A stretch of DNA of 64,000 bases, from the NCBI GenBank assembly GCA_951406725.2, contig OX597824.1:8308001-8372000 (forward strand), given 5' to 3'. Below, piece after piece: positions 52,819 through 64,000 of the stretch; position 1 is the stretch's first letter, and every line of letters begins with the position of its first letter. Made by a program: the position numbers and the translations under genes. This DNA is from Octopus vulgaris (lineage: Eukaryota). A model generated the notes under the pieces. The model was given only the letters and a program-made list of their open reading frames with translations, was not told the origin of the DNA and did not search any database.

Positions 52819-53367
52819 GACAGGCTTCTTTCAGTTTCTGTCTAACAAATCCACTCACAAGGCTTTGGTCGGCTCGAGGCTATATTAGAAGACACTTGTC
52901 CACAGTGTTATGCAGTGGGACTGAACCTGGAACAACGTAGTTGATAAGCAAGCTACTTACCACACAGCCCCCAAACAGTGCAGTTTTCAAGGTTTAAGTT
53001 TCATTATTTGATGGGAAATTTGGTTTCATAACCATAATGGTAAGTTAGCGGTTCAGTTTAGTAAGAATTGGTTGGAAGTCGTTTAATCAATTTTGCAATT
53101 TACATGTAGAATGGTTAAAATACTGTATCTTGATGATTGTTCTGCTAACCACAAATAATGGACTGGCATTTAGCTTTGTCTATAAAATAAGAAGTAAACT
53201 CAATTCTTGGTCTTTCTTTGTGTTCCTCCAGATAAGGCCATTGATTAATTTAACCAAAATCAATTTCTTCACAGAAGCGGAGTCTCCGTCAGGAATCATG
53301 AATTTAATTCTGTGATTTTGTGGCTGATGCATGAAAAGGCAAGCTTGAAAGAGGAATAATTGGTGTG

Positions 53368-53533
<166 letters not shown>

Positions 53534-56500
53534 AATGCACAACGTGCACGCTACACATAAACATACATGCACACACTCAAACACACTGCACACGCATCAC
53601 ACATACACATACACACACATCATGATGATGATGTATGTGTTTATATGCGTGTGTTTATGTCTGCGTTTGTCACCCCACCTTCACTTGACAACCGATAGTG
53701 GTGTGTCTACATCCCCATAACTTAGCAGTTCGACAGAAAAGACCGATAAAATAAGCACTAGGCTTTGAAAGAATAAATCCAGGGGTCTATTTCTTCGACT
53801 AAAAGGCGGTGCTCCAGCATGGCCACAGTCAACTGACTGAAACAAATAAAAGAATAAAAAAACGCAATCGAAGGTTAAGGTCAGAAGAGGGCAAACCGTT
53901 CTAAAGAAGAGAGAACGGAGTTTGATATCGTTATAAGAAACTGCTTGTAAATAATTAGCAGTAATTGGTCTGGAGGTAATTTAGATGCAACTATTTTATG
54001 GTCAGGATGGGTTACATGATTCTACACTAAACATTGGTTTCTGATTCTAATGAACTTGGAGAACGGCAAGGTTGTTCTATTAAAGAACAGAGATTGATGA
54101 GATTATCCGAAGTTGTTTGTAAATAATTAATGATGATGAATGTATAGGGTTTAATTATGATTATTTTATGAGGTTACGATGTGTTTCATGGTTTTGCATT
54201 AACCCATTTGTCACTATATTTCTGTTAAAATTAAACTGCCTTTGTTTTTAATTAATTTTGAACATAATGAAGAATTTACTAAGAGAACTTTGCCATTATT
54301 AAGCTGATGTTTGGGAAATAAATTAGCTTGAAGTTTTGATTGGAACTTTTAATTTGGAATACTTTAAAATAGAATTTGTTTCATGGAACTAAGAATGGTT
54401 TCATGCAGGCTGTTATCAAAAGGATTAGATTTCGCTGGTTTTTGATTCCAATGAACTTAGTTGAGGTTAATGAGTGCACGTGGAGATTGATAATTTTGGC
54501 TTGGTAATTAGTTGGCTAATGTACTGTACTGTAATGGCAGAAGAAACTATGTGGTGTAGTGTACTCAAGAGGCAAAATCTGGCCAAGTCTGTAGATTGTT
54601 CAGTAGAATGCCTTGAGGTATTTGTTCCAAATATCTACATTCTGAGATCAAATCCCATCAAAGTCAACCTTGTTTTTTATTCTTTCTGCATCTACAAGGG
54701 GGCCCACCCACAACTACAATGTTATCCTTTAATTTTTTTTTTTTTTGTTATAAGTATTCTTTTCAACTGTCTACAAACACAGCCAGGCTGAAATAATTAA
54801 TGCATTCTTCCAGGAGTGAATAAAAAATTCTCAAACTTGAGGGGATAGGCCCCTTAGATACTAACATGGGCCCCCATATATGGATCCTAATGGCATAGAG
54901 GCCCACTTGCCATTGGGGTAAGCTGGCAACCTGGCCAGTCCACCACTGACAATGATTGCTTGGGTTTAGAATAGAATAACATTGAACGAAAGCGTCTTCC
55001 TAATTTCAGAGCAAGATGATATGGTTTGTAGACTTAGTGCCAAACCAAAGTTACAAAACAGGAAATTATTTTTAGAATATCAAATTGGGTCAAAAAATCG
55101 TAGTCTTATTGCATGAAATTAAGCTCCAAATGAACTCATTCTTGAGGAATGCCATGATGGTTTGTAGGTTAAAAGGTTGTTTTGCTGTTAAGACAAAAAT
55201 GTCAATCTTTGATACCATATTGCTACTTTTTATTTGACTATGTTGTTAAGGGATAATGTTTGTGTAACCAAAAATAAGTTAAGTTAGGGGTAGGGTTAAA
55301 AAGATTGAGATCTTAGGATGGTTTTAGAAGATTGCTTGGAGTTGTTACTTCTTACCTTCTTATTTAGTGAGTGGTTAATGAGTTAGCTATTAAAAAGTAC
55401 CAAAAGAGCACCATACGAGTGTAATCATTGACAGAGCGGCTAACTGGCTTCCGTGCCAGTGGCACTTAAAAGGCACCATTCAAGCCTGATCGTTACCAGC
55501 GTCACCTTACTGGCACTTGAGCCCCGTGCTAGTAGGGTATTAAGAGCACCATCCGAGTGGGATTGTTGCCAGAGCAGCTATCTGGCCTCTGTGCCAGTGG
55601 CATGTAAAAGACACCATTCGAGCTTGATCGTTACCAATGTCGCCTTACTGGCACCTGTGCTGGTAGCATGGGTAAAAGATTCGAGCGAGGTCATTGCCAG
55701 GACTGCTTGACTGGCCCTGTGTCGGTGGCATGTAAAAGCACCCACTACACTCATGGAGTGGTTGGCGTTAGGAAGGGCATCCAGCTGTAGAAACTCTGTC
55801 AGATCAAGATTGGAGACTAGTGCAACCATCTGGTTCGCCTGCCTTCAGTCAAAATCGTCCAACCCATGCTAGCATGGTAAATGGACGTTAAACGATGATT
55901 ATGATACGTTGCAAGTTTTGTGTTTGTATGCAAATAGTTATTTGAGTGTTTACTGAATAGGATGGAGAAAAAAATTTCAGCAGATTCATAAACACAAAAT
56001 TGACAAGTATTTTTTTTTTTTTCATACTTGAGCACATTTTAGTGAAAGGAAACATTTCCCAGTTGATTTAATTAGATGTATTACTAGCTTATAATGACAA
56101 GATTGAACATGAGAAAGATTTGTTTGCCTATTGGAGTTGCAGAATGAATAGATATGTTTATAAAATCAGTTTTTAAAAGATACAACTGTCTGACCTATGT
56201 ATGGCATGTTAGCTGAGTTGGCAGGGAGAGTAGTGCATTATAATTCTATTGACAAGCAATTTCCTGTAAGGGTACAAAAGGTGAAAATTACTAGAATCTA
56301 TGTTATGTTAGGCAGGGAGTTTGGCCCAGTTAGTACTAGCTAATGTGTGTTTAAGATTGTCGGTAATCAAGTATGATGTCTGATATTTTCTGGGGTTTAT
56401 AGCTTGAAGTATTGTATAATAATTTAAAGGAAAATTTGTTCCCTGGGAAGAAACATTCTGGTTGAGTAGTGAGTTGAACCAGACCATATTTGGTTCCATT

Positions 56501-57604
56501 GTTTGTGAGCAATCAATCTTGTATTTTGGAATTATTTAAATATTTCTCATATAAGGAAGCTGTTACGTATCTTTGAATTTGGAGAAAGAACAAGCGAAAT
56601 TTTTTCACGAAGAACTAGGACTAGGCTACCGAGATGTTGGTTTCATTGTGTTAGCAATATTTATGTGCAGTGTGTGGCAATACATACACATATGTACATA
56701 CATTCATACATACATACATACATACATACATACAGATAGACAGACAGACACAAACGGTGTTTTTTACATGCCACCTGCAATAAAAATAAAAAAAACACAG
56801 CCAGAAATAGTAAGGGACAGCTGAAAGGGCCATGGACTCTGGAAATTGTATCAAGAGCAACCTGTCTTGGAGTGCAGTAACTCCCCCCACCAAATAAGGG
56901 AAAATAATTGATACAAGTGAGAGGGGACCCTCTAACCCAACTGCAGGTAACCTCTTTAGCATTAGGGGTTTGACAAAAGGTATTCTGTCAATAATGTGAT
57001 GTGACTAATGATGGGAGGAAGACATCCCTTTTTTTTTTTTATCAAGTTGGTGCATGTTGCCCCTGGGAACAAAGGGGCAGAAAGTTGTGACAACAGGCTC
57101 AGTGCTTTAAAACTCATCCGATCCATGAATGTGGGGGACAACAAAAGCACAAGGGTGAATGATGATGATGATGATGGTGGTGATGGTGGTGGTGGTGGTG
57201 GTGATGGTGATGATGATGATGATGATGCTACAACTAATGCTGAAACAATGACGATGATGATGATGATGTCAGCAGCATCAATGATGATGGCGATGAAGAC
57301 TGTAACGATGACAAAGACGATGGATGAGGATGATGAGGATGATGATGGTGGTGGTGATGATGATGATGATGATGGTGATGATGAGGATGATGGTGATGAT
57401 GATGGCAAACTGTGGAAGTGTGTTTTGGCATGTGAGATGTTGCTAGGGAATGAAATACGGTGACGATGATGATGATGGTCTCTTTGAGAAAAGAGATTTA
57501 TGGAGATATGTTAGGATGCAAAGACACATCATGAATATTAAATGTATTTCCTCAGATGTTCCCGTTACAAGAAACCAATGTATATATGCTTATATATATA
57601 TAAA

Positions 57605-57639
<35 letters not shown>

Positions 57640-57676
57640 AACACACATATATATATATGCATATATACATATAAAC

Positions 57677-57711
<35 letters not shown>

Positions 57712-57798
57712 TATATATGTATATATATATGTGTATATGTATGTATATTTATATAAATCATGAAAATGGTGTTAATGTGTATATCAATACATTTCTAC

Positions 57799-57873
<75 letters not shown>

Positions 57874-57883
57874 CATATACATG

Positions 57884-57944
<61 letters not shown>

Positions 57945-58635
57945 ATATATATATATATGTATGTATGTATGCATATATATTTATATATATATATGACAGA
58001 TTGAGTAATCGCTCTTCAAAAATGGCAGAAATATTGTATATCCGTTGTGTTGGTCATATGATTCTTACTTATCATAAAACGCAAAGAACCGAAGCAAAAT
58101 ATAGAACTGAAAATAATCTTTAAAAAAATTTTGTAGATTGTCAATTGAATAAATGAAGGAAAAAATAAACAAGAAATAACAAAATCGGTTAAGAAAGTAA
58201 AAAACAAAACAAAACACAGAAGCAATATGAGGATTGGCTGAAAAGTTTGTAGGTTGACCAAGATGCTCTCATAGGAGGTGGCCAAATGTGGTGTGTTTTT
58301 CAACATAGTCGTAGCGATTGTCATGGCTGATGACAGTACCCCCTGATTGGCAACTGTGCCGGTGGCATGTAAAAAGCATTGTTTGAGTGTGATTGTTGCC
58401 AGCGCCACCTAACTGGTCCTGTGGCGGTGGCACGTAAAAGGCACCATTCAAGCATAGTCATTGCTAGTGCCACCTGACTGGCCCTTGTGCCGGTGGCATG
58501 TAAAAAGCACCATTTGAGCATGGTCAAAGCCAGTACCACCTGACTGGCCCTCATGCCAGTGGCATGTAAAAACCACCCACATCACTCTCAGAGCATGGCT
58601 CGAGAAAGCACAAACAACAACAACAACAATGCATT

Positions 58636-58781
58636 ATTTACATTATTTACATTTGATGGATATTTGTCCTCATCTTGTTTGTTGCTAACACAATGTTTCG
58701 GTTGATATACTCTCCAGCCTTCATCGGGTGTCTTTGGGAGATTTCAAACCTAGGTTCCCATTCCCAAGGTATTTTTCAATC

Positions 58782-58833
<52 letters not shown>

Positions 58834-58991
58834 TTATTATTAATATTATTATTCAGGTTACTGCTTGGAATCGAACTGGGAATCTTGGGGTTAGTAGCCT
58901 GCGCTCCTAACCACTATGCCATATAATGAGAACAAATATCCATCAAATGTAAATAATGTACATAATTCCTCATCTCTTAAATATAGAACTG
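58636..58991 (-). mobile_element. tRNA-headed, hammerhead-containing retroposon with an inverted terminal duplication
   Basis: A box TGGCATAGTGG (58921-58911), B box AGTTCGATTCC (58877-58867), (AAT)n linker, HHR, and a 35-bp inverted repeat 58639-58673 / 58926-58960. The body is also present at 52466-52607. Confidence 0.7.
58688..58731 (-). ncRNA. Degenerate copy of the same hammerhead motif
   Basis: ACAC-CCGAUGA-A-GGCUG..CAACC-GAAA-CAUU-GUGU; U4C in the core and one stem II mismatch. Confidence 0.65.
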
Positions 58992-59164
58992 AACAACAAC
59001 TATTCTATAATAAACTGTTTGTTAGCCACAATCACAACGATAACATCAACAACAATAACAATTATGAATCAGACTATACCAAAATAAATTTGAACTGATA
59101 GCTATGAGACTGGGATATCTATTTAATATGAAGGACGTGTGTCAGAGGTTTTGCTAAAACCACA

Positions 59165-59337
59165 TAGGCGCAGGAGTGGCTGTGTGGTAAGTAGCTTGCT
59201 AACCAACCACATGGTTCCGAGTTCAGTCCCACTGCGTGACATCTTGGGCAAGTGTCTTCTGCTATAGCCCCGGGCCGACCAATGCCTTGTGAGTGGATTT
59301 GGTAGACAGAAACTGAAAGAAGCCTGTCGTATATATG

Positions 59338-59374
<37 letters not shown>

Positions 59375-59608
59375 ATGTGTTAGTGTGTCTGTGTTTGTCC
59401 CCCTAGCATTGCTTGACAACCGATGCTGGTGTGTTTACGTCCCCGTCACTTAGCGGTTCGGCAAAAGGGACCGATAGCATAAGTACTGAGCTTACAAAGA
59501 ATAAGTCCCGGGGTCGATTTGCTAGACTAAAGGCAGTGCTTCAGCATGGCCACAGTCAAATGACTGAAACAAGTAAGAGAGTAAAAAAAAAAGAATAAAG
59601 AGTAAAAG
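59165..59608 (+). mobile_element. SINE family A, full length
   Basis: Near-identical to 21435-21846; partial copies at 46435-46875, 48655-49075, 52817-52970 and 53640-53860. Confidence 0.9.
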
Positions 59609-59744
59609 ATTGAGTTTAGTAAGAAAGGTCGAGTGCTGGTGTATCAGATGTTTATCTAAAGTCAGCTGGTGCTGTGGTAAGTAGTCGGTCACATTGAACT
59701 AATACCCGGAACTAAATTACTTTGCCTTGATAGTATGCAGAAAT

Positions 59745-59972
59745 AAGCTTTCGTTACCAATTAGAATTAATTGAAAGAAACACAGAGCATTTCAACAGCA
59801 ATATGGTAACAAAAGGGTTAAAGTTACCATGGTATTTTTAACCCTTTCTTGACCAACCCGGCTGAAACCGACTCTGATTCTAAGTACAAATGTCTTGTTT
59901 TCATAAGTTTTGAATTAAAATCTTCCACCAAGCCTTAGTCACTATTTATGTTCCTAACACTAGCTGAATGAT
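59745..59972 (+). mobile_element. Deleted/partial copies of the CCCTTT piggyBac-type MITE
   Basis: 59762-59821 matches the MITE right end; 59838-59972 matches its left half. A diverged inverted copy lies at about 54199-54427. Confidence 0.7.
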
Positions 59973-60046
59973 AAAAAAAATATCGGTATCGTCCATCTTT
60001 TACTTGGCTCTGTCAATGGCCTGTGGCCATGCTGGGGCACCACTTT

Positions 60047-60254
60047 GAAGGGTTTAATTGATTAAATCAACCGCAGTTCTTTTTAAATCTGGTACTTATT
60101 TTAGTGGTCTCTTTGGCCAAACTGCTATGTCATGAGGACATAAACAAACCAGCACTGGTTGTCGAAGGGTTTAATTGATTAAATCAACCGCAGTTCTTTT
60201 TAAATCTGGTACTTATTTTAGTGGTCTCTTTGGCCAAACTGCTATGTCATGAGG
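60047..60254. repeat. Tandem duplication (117-bp period) inside a decayed family A SINE
   Basis: 60047-60137 is repeated at 60164-60254. Confidence 0.9.
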
Positions 60255-60289
60255 CCCAGGGCTATAGTTACCTCGTAGCTGTCTGCTGT

Positions 60290-60560
60290 ATGCACTCGGC
60301 ACATACGTGTTCTATGGTTCCTGCTAGACCATCCTACCAGGTCTGTGCTCTCTTTTGATGCAGCAGCTGTGGGCTGGAAGAGGCCCCATGGCAGACCCGG
60401 CACCAAATGGTCAGACATGATTACGGAAGATCTCTAAGGGACTCAGCATCACCTTGGAGGATGCAGAGACCCGGTACAGGACTGCCAGTGATGGGGAATG
60501 CTGGTGGACCTGGTTGTTTCTTGAAAACAATGACACCTGTGGGGTCACTAACCTGAGATG
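60290..60560 (+). pseudogene. RTE-clade LINE C-terminal coding fragment
   Basis: DHPTRSVLSFDAAAVGWKRPHGRPGTKWSDMITEDL* resembles the RTE motif GWKRPRGRPRTRW.D...DL. Confidence 0.7.
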
Positions 60561-60669
60561 ATCCCAGCGCCCTCAAACAGGAGTATGAAGCAAACATGAA
60601 ACAAGCAAGCTGTGGGACTGAACCCCAAACCACATGCTTACAAAGTAAGCTTCTTAACTATATAGCCAT

Positions 60670-61468
60670 GCTGGCAGAGGCGTTAGCACGCTGGGTGAAA
60701 TGCTTAGCTGTATTTCATCTGTCTTTACATTCTGAGTTCAAATTCCACCGAGGTTGACTTTGCCTTTTAACCTTTCAGGGTCGATAAATTAAGTACCAGG
60801 TGCATACTAGGGTTGATCTGATCGACTAGGCCCCCCCTCAGAAGTTTTGGATCTTATACTTAGAGTAGAAAAGAATATTGTTTTAAGGCGGCAAGCTGGC
60901 AGAAACGTTAGCACACCGGGCGAAATGCTTAGCGGTATTTTGTCTGCCACTATGTTCTGAGTTCAATTTCCACCGAGGTCGACTTTGCCTTTCATCCTTT
61001 CGGGGTCGATTAAATAAGTACCAGTTACGCACTGGGGTCGATATAATCGACTTAATCTGTTTGTCTGTCCTTGTTTGTCACTTCTGTGTGTAGCCCCTTG
61101 TGGGTAGTAAAGAAATAGGTATTTTGTCTTCCGCTACGTTCTGAGTTCAAATTCTGTCGAGGTTGACTTTGCCTTTCATCCTTTCGGGGTCGATAAATTA
61201 AGTACCAGTTACACACTGGGGTCGATATAATCGACTTAATCCGTTTGTCTGTCCTTGTTTGTCCTCTCTCTGTTTAACCCCTTGTGGGTAGTAAAGAAAT
61301 AGGTATTTTGTCTGTCTTTACTCCAGGGTTCAAATTCCGCTGAGGTCAACTTTGCCTTTCATCCTTATGGGGTCGATAAATTAAGTACTAGTTGCATACT
61401 GGGGTTGATCTAATCAACTGGCCCCCTCCCCTAAAATTTCAGGCCTTGTGCCTAAAGTAGAGAAGAAT
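60670..61468 (+). mobile_element. tRNA-derived SINE family B (Meta-domain-like): a monomer followed by a trimer
   Basis: Head GGCGGCAAGCTGGCAGAA..GAGTTCAAATTCC and central GCCTTTCATCCTTTCGGGGTCGATAAATTAAGTACCAG, which resembles the MetaSINE domain (from memory); two alternative tails. Confidence 0.85.
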
Positions 61469-61799
61469 ACATTTATTCATAAATACACAAAAAAGAAACC
61501 AAAATACAGACACATCAATAGAATGCACATATAATTTATAGTATTTTTATAGTACACTTCACCCGTAATTGCTTCTCTTGAATAGTTGTGGTGGTCTCCA
61601 TTCTGCATTTTAATGGATTTTTCAGAATTATATTTTTTCAAGTTTCTCTTATAATTTTACATATTTATTCATTATTATCATTTTTTTTTTGTGCATTGCC
61701 GTATTTTAATTGCATTCAGAATTCTCTACGGTGGAATGCCTTTCATCAAGAGTTTTTCAAACAATACATAGATATTTTCTCCAAAAGACCATTGTGTTC

Positions 61800-61851
61800 T
61801 ATCTCTCTCTCTCTCTCTCTCTCTGATTCTGTCTGTCTGTCTGTCTATTTA

Positions 61852-61922
<71 letters not shown>

Positions 61923-61990
61923 ATCTATCTATCTATCTATCTGTTTGTCTGTCTGTCTATCTATCTATTTATCTATCTACCTACCTATGA

Positions 61991-62034
<44 letters not shown>

Positions 62035-62078
62035 GTTTGTCTGTCTGTCTATCTATCTATTTATCTATCTACCTATGA

Positions 62079-62146
<68 letters not shown>

Positions 62147-62194
62147 GTTTGTCTGTCTGTCTATCTATCTATTTATCTATCTACCTACCTATGA

Positions 62195-62266
<72 letters not shown>

Positions 62267-62291
62267 GTCTATCTGTCTATCTGTCTATCTG

Positions 62292-62384
<93 letters not shown>

Positions 62385-62415
62385 GTATGTATGTATGTAT
62401 GTATGTATGTATGTA
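61800..62415. repeat. (TCTA)n/(TCTG)n/(TGTA)n compound microsatellite
   Basis: Direct reading. Confidence 0.95.
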
Positions 62416-62687
62416 GGACAGACAAACGGGTTAAGTCAATTATATCGACCCCAGTGCGTAACTAGTACTTATTTAATTGACCCCGAAAGGATGAAAGGCA
62501 GAGTCGACCTCGGCGGAATTTGAACTCAGAACATAACGGCAGACGAAATACCACTAAGCATTTTGCCCGGCGTGCTAACATTTCTGCCAGCTTGCCGCGT
62601 TAAAACAATATTCTTTTCTACTCTAGGCACAAGACCCAAAACTTTTGGGGAGGGGCCTAGTCGATCAGATCAACCCCAGTATGCACC

Positions 62688-62740
<53 letters not shown>

Positions 62741-63202
62741 GTCTATCTATCTATCTGTCTATCTTTGTCTATCTGTCTGTCTGTCTCTTTGTCGTTCTAT
62801 CTATCTTTGTCTGTCTGTCTGTCTATCTACTTATGTACCGACCGACTTGTCTGTCTGTCAGTCTGTCTTACTGTCTACCTACCTGCTCACCCACATCCTC
62901 TCATTGTATGCATGTGTGGGGGGTGGGGAAGGGGGTGGGGAGTGGGTGCGCATGTGATTGTGTTTTCCCTTTTGTCTTGCTATCACATGATGGTTCCAAA
63001 CTAGTGGCGCTGGCCATGGGAAGACCATATCTTCATGGGAAACAGGTGAGGGTTGCAGGAAATCTGCACCAGAGAATTCTGTCAGACCCATGGAAACGAG
63101 ACAAAGTGGCCTTTAAATCAGTGTTATTTTATATATGTATATAAGGTGTGTGTACATATGTATATATATATGGATGTGTATATATATATACAGATGTACA
63201 CA

Positions 63203-63250
<48 letters not shown>

Positions 63251-63328
63251 CATATAAAAGTGTATATATTGTCTACACCACCTGTCTTCATCTTTTGTTT
63301 TTTTGTGAATTTCCCCCTATATATATAT

Positions 63329-63373
<45 letters not shown>

Positions 63374-63423
63374 CATACATACATATATATATATATATAC
63401 ACACACATATACATATATACATT

Positions 63424-63462
<39 letters not shown>

Positions 63463-64000
63463 GGTGTGTATGTATATGTGTATGTATATGGTAATGATGA
63501 TGATGATGATGATGATGGTGATGATGAACTGTGGAAGTGTGTTTTGGCATGTGAGATGTTGCACATGCACACACACATATATATGTACACAGACAGACAG
63601 ACATATACACACACACACATAAGACATTTAATCAGGCACTTCATATTCTGCCCCCATATTCCCCCCGCCCCGCCCCCACCAACAGTTACAAAATAAATAC
63701 TGATTTTCCTGATTGGTTTTGGGGTAAAGGGGGGAAGGGGGTAAGGGGTGTGGGGTGGAGCCCATCAGGTTTTTAAGGAGAAGAGCTACAGATTTGATTG
63801 AGTTAATCAAACGTGTCTTAAAGTTGATCGTTATCAGCTTTTGGAGAGATAAAAGTCAGAATTTGAACTTGGGACTGATAGGAGAGAAACCAGGCAGCCC
63901 GAACGTAGTAGACTGTAAGTCTACTACATTTAGGACACAATCCTACCACCACCACCACCACCACCACCACCACCACCACCACTGCGACCCCACCCCACGT

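Noticed and set aside
54690-54950. Possible DNA-transposon end (GGGCCC motifs, GGCCAGTCCACCACTG)
   Set aside because: No matching opposite TIR or TSD was found.
62985-63120. Exon ending in CAG|GTGAGG
   Set aside because: The flanks resemble a decayed retroposon 3' end related to the family C tail.

Overview
Repeat-saturated, AT-rich eukaryotic DNA, intronic or intergenic. The SINE and microsatellite content points to an octopus (coleoid cephalopod); this is inferred from repeat recognition only. I found no intact host protein-coding gene, and nearly all listed ORFs are microsatellite or SINE read-throughs. Recognisable coding remnants all come from transposons: R4/Dong-type LINEs with a restriction-like endonuclease (RLE) sitting in (TAA)n, RTE LINE fragments, and Tc1/mariner transposase fragments. 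The non-coding mobile fraction includes at least five SINE/retroposon families, TTAA-flanked piggyBac-type MITEs, a hAT MITE, a Helitron and Helentron-type HINEs. The most interesting signal is a set of minimal type-I hammerhead ribozyme (HHR) motifs in Penelope-style fold-back elements. One element joins a tRNA-like Pol III head to an HHR (58.6-59.0 kb, second copy at 52.5 kb). One HHR has a swapped G3-C8 core (31.9 kb), and two HHRs lie back to back (20.1 kb). All folds, alignments and coordinates were read by eye, so boundaries may be a few bp off. No database search was run.
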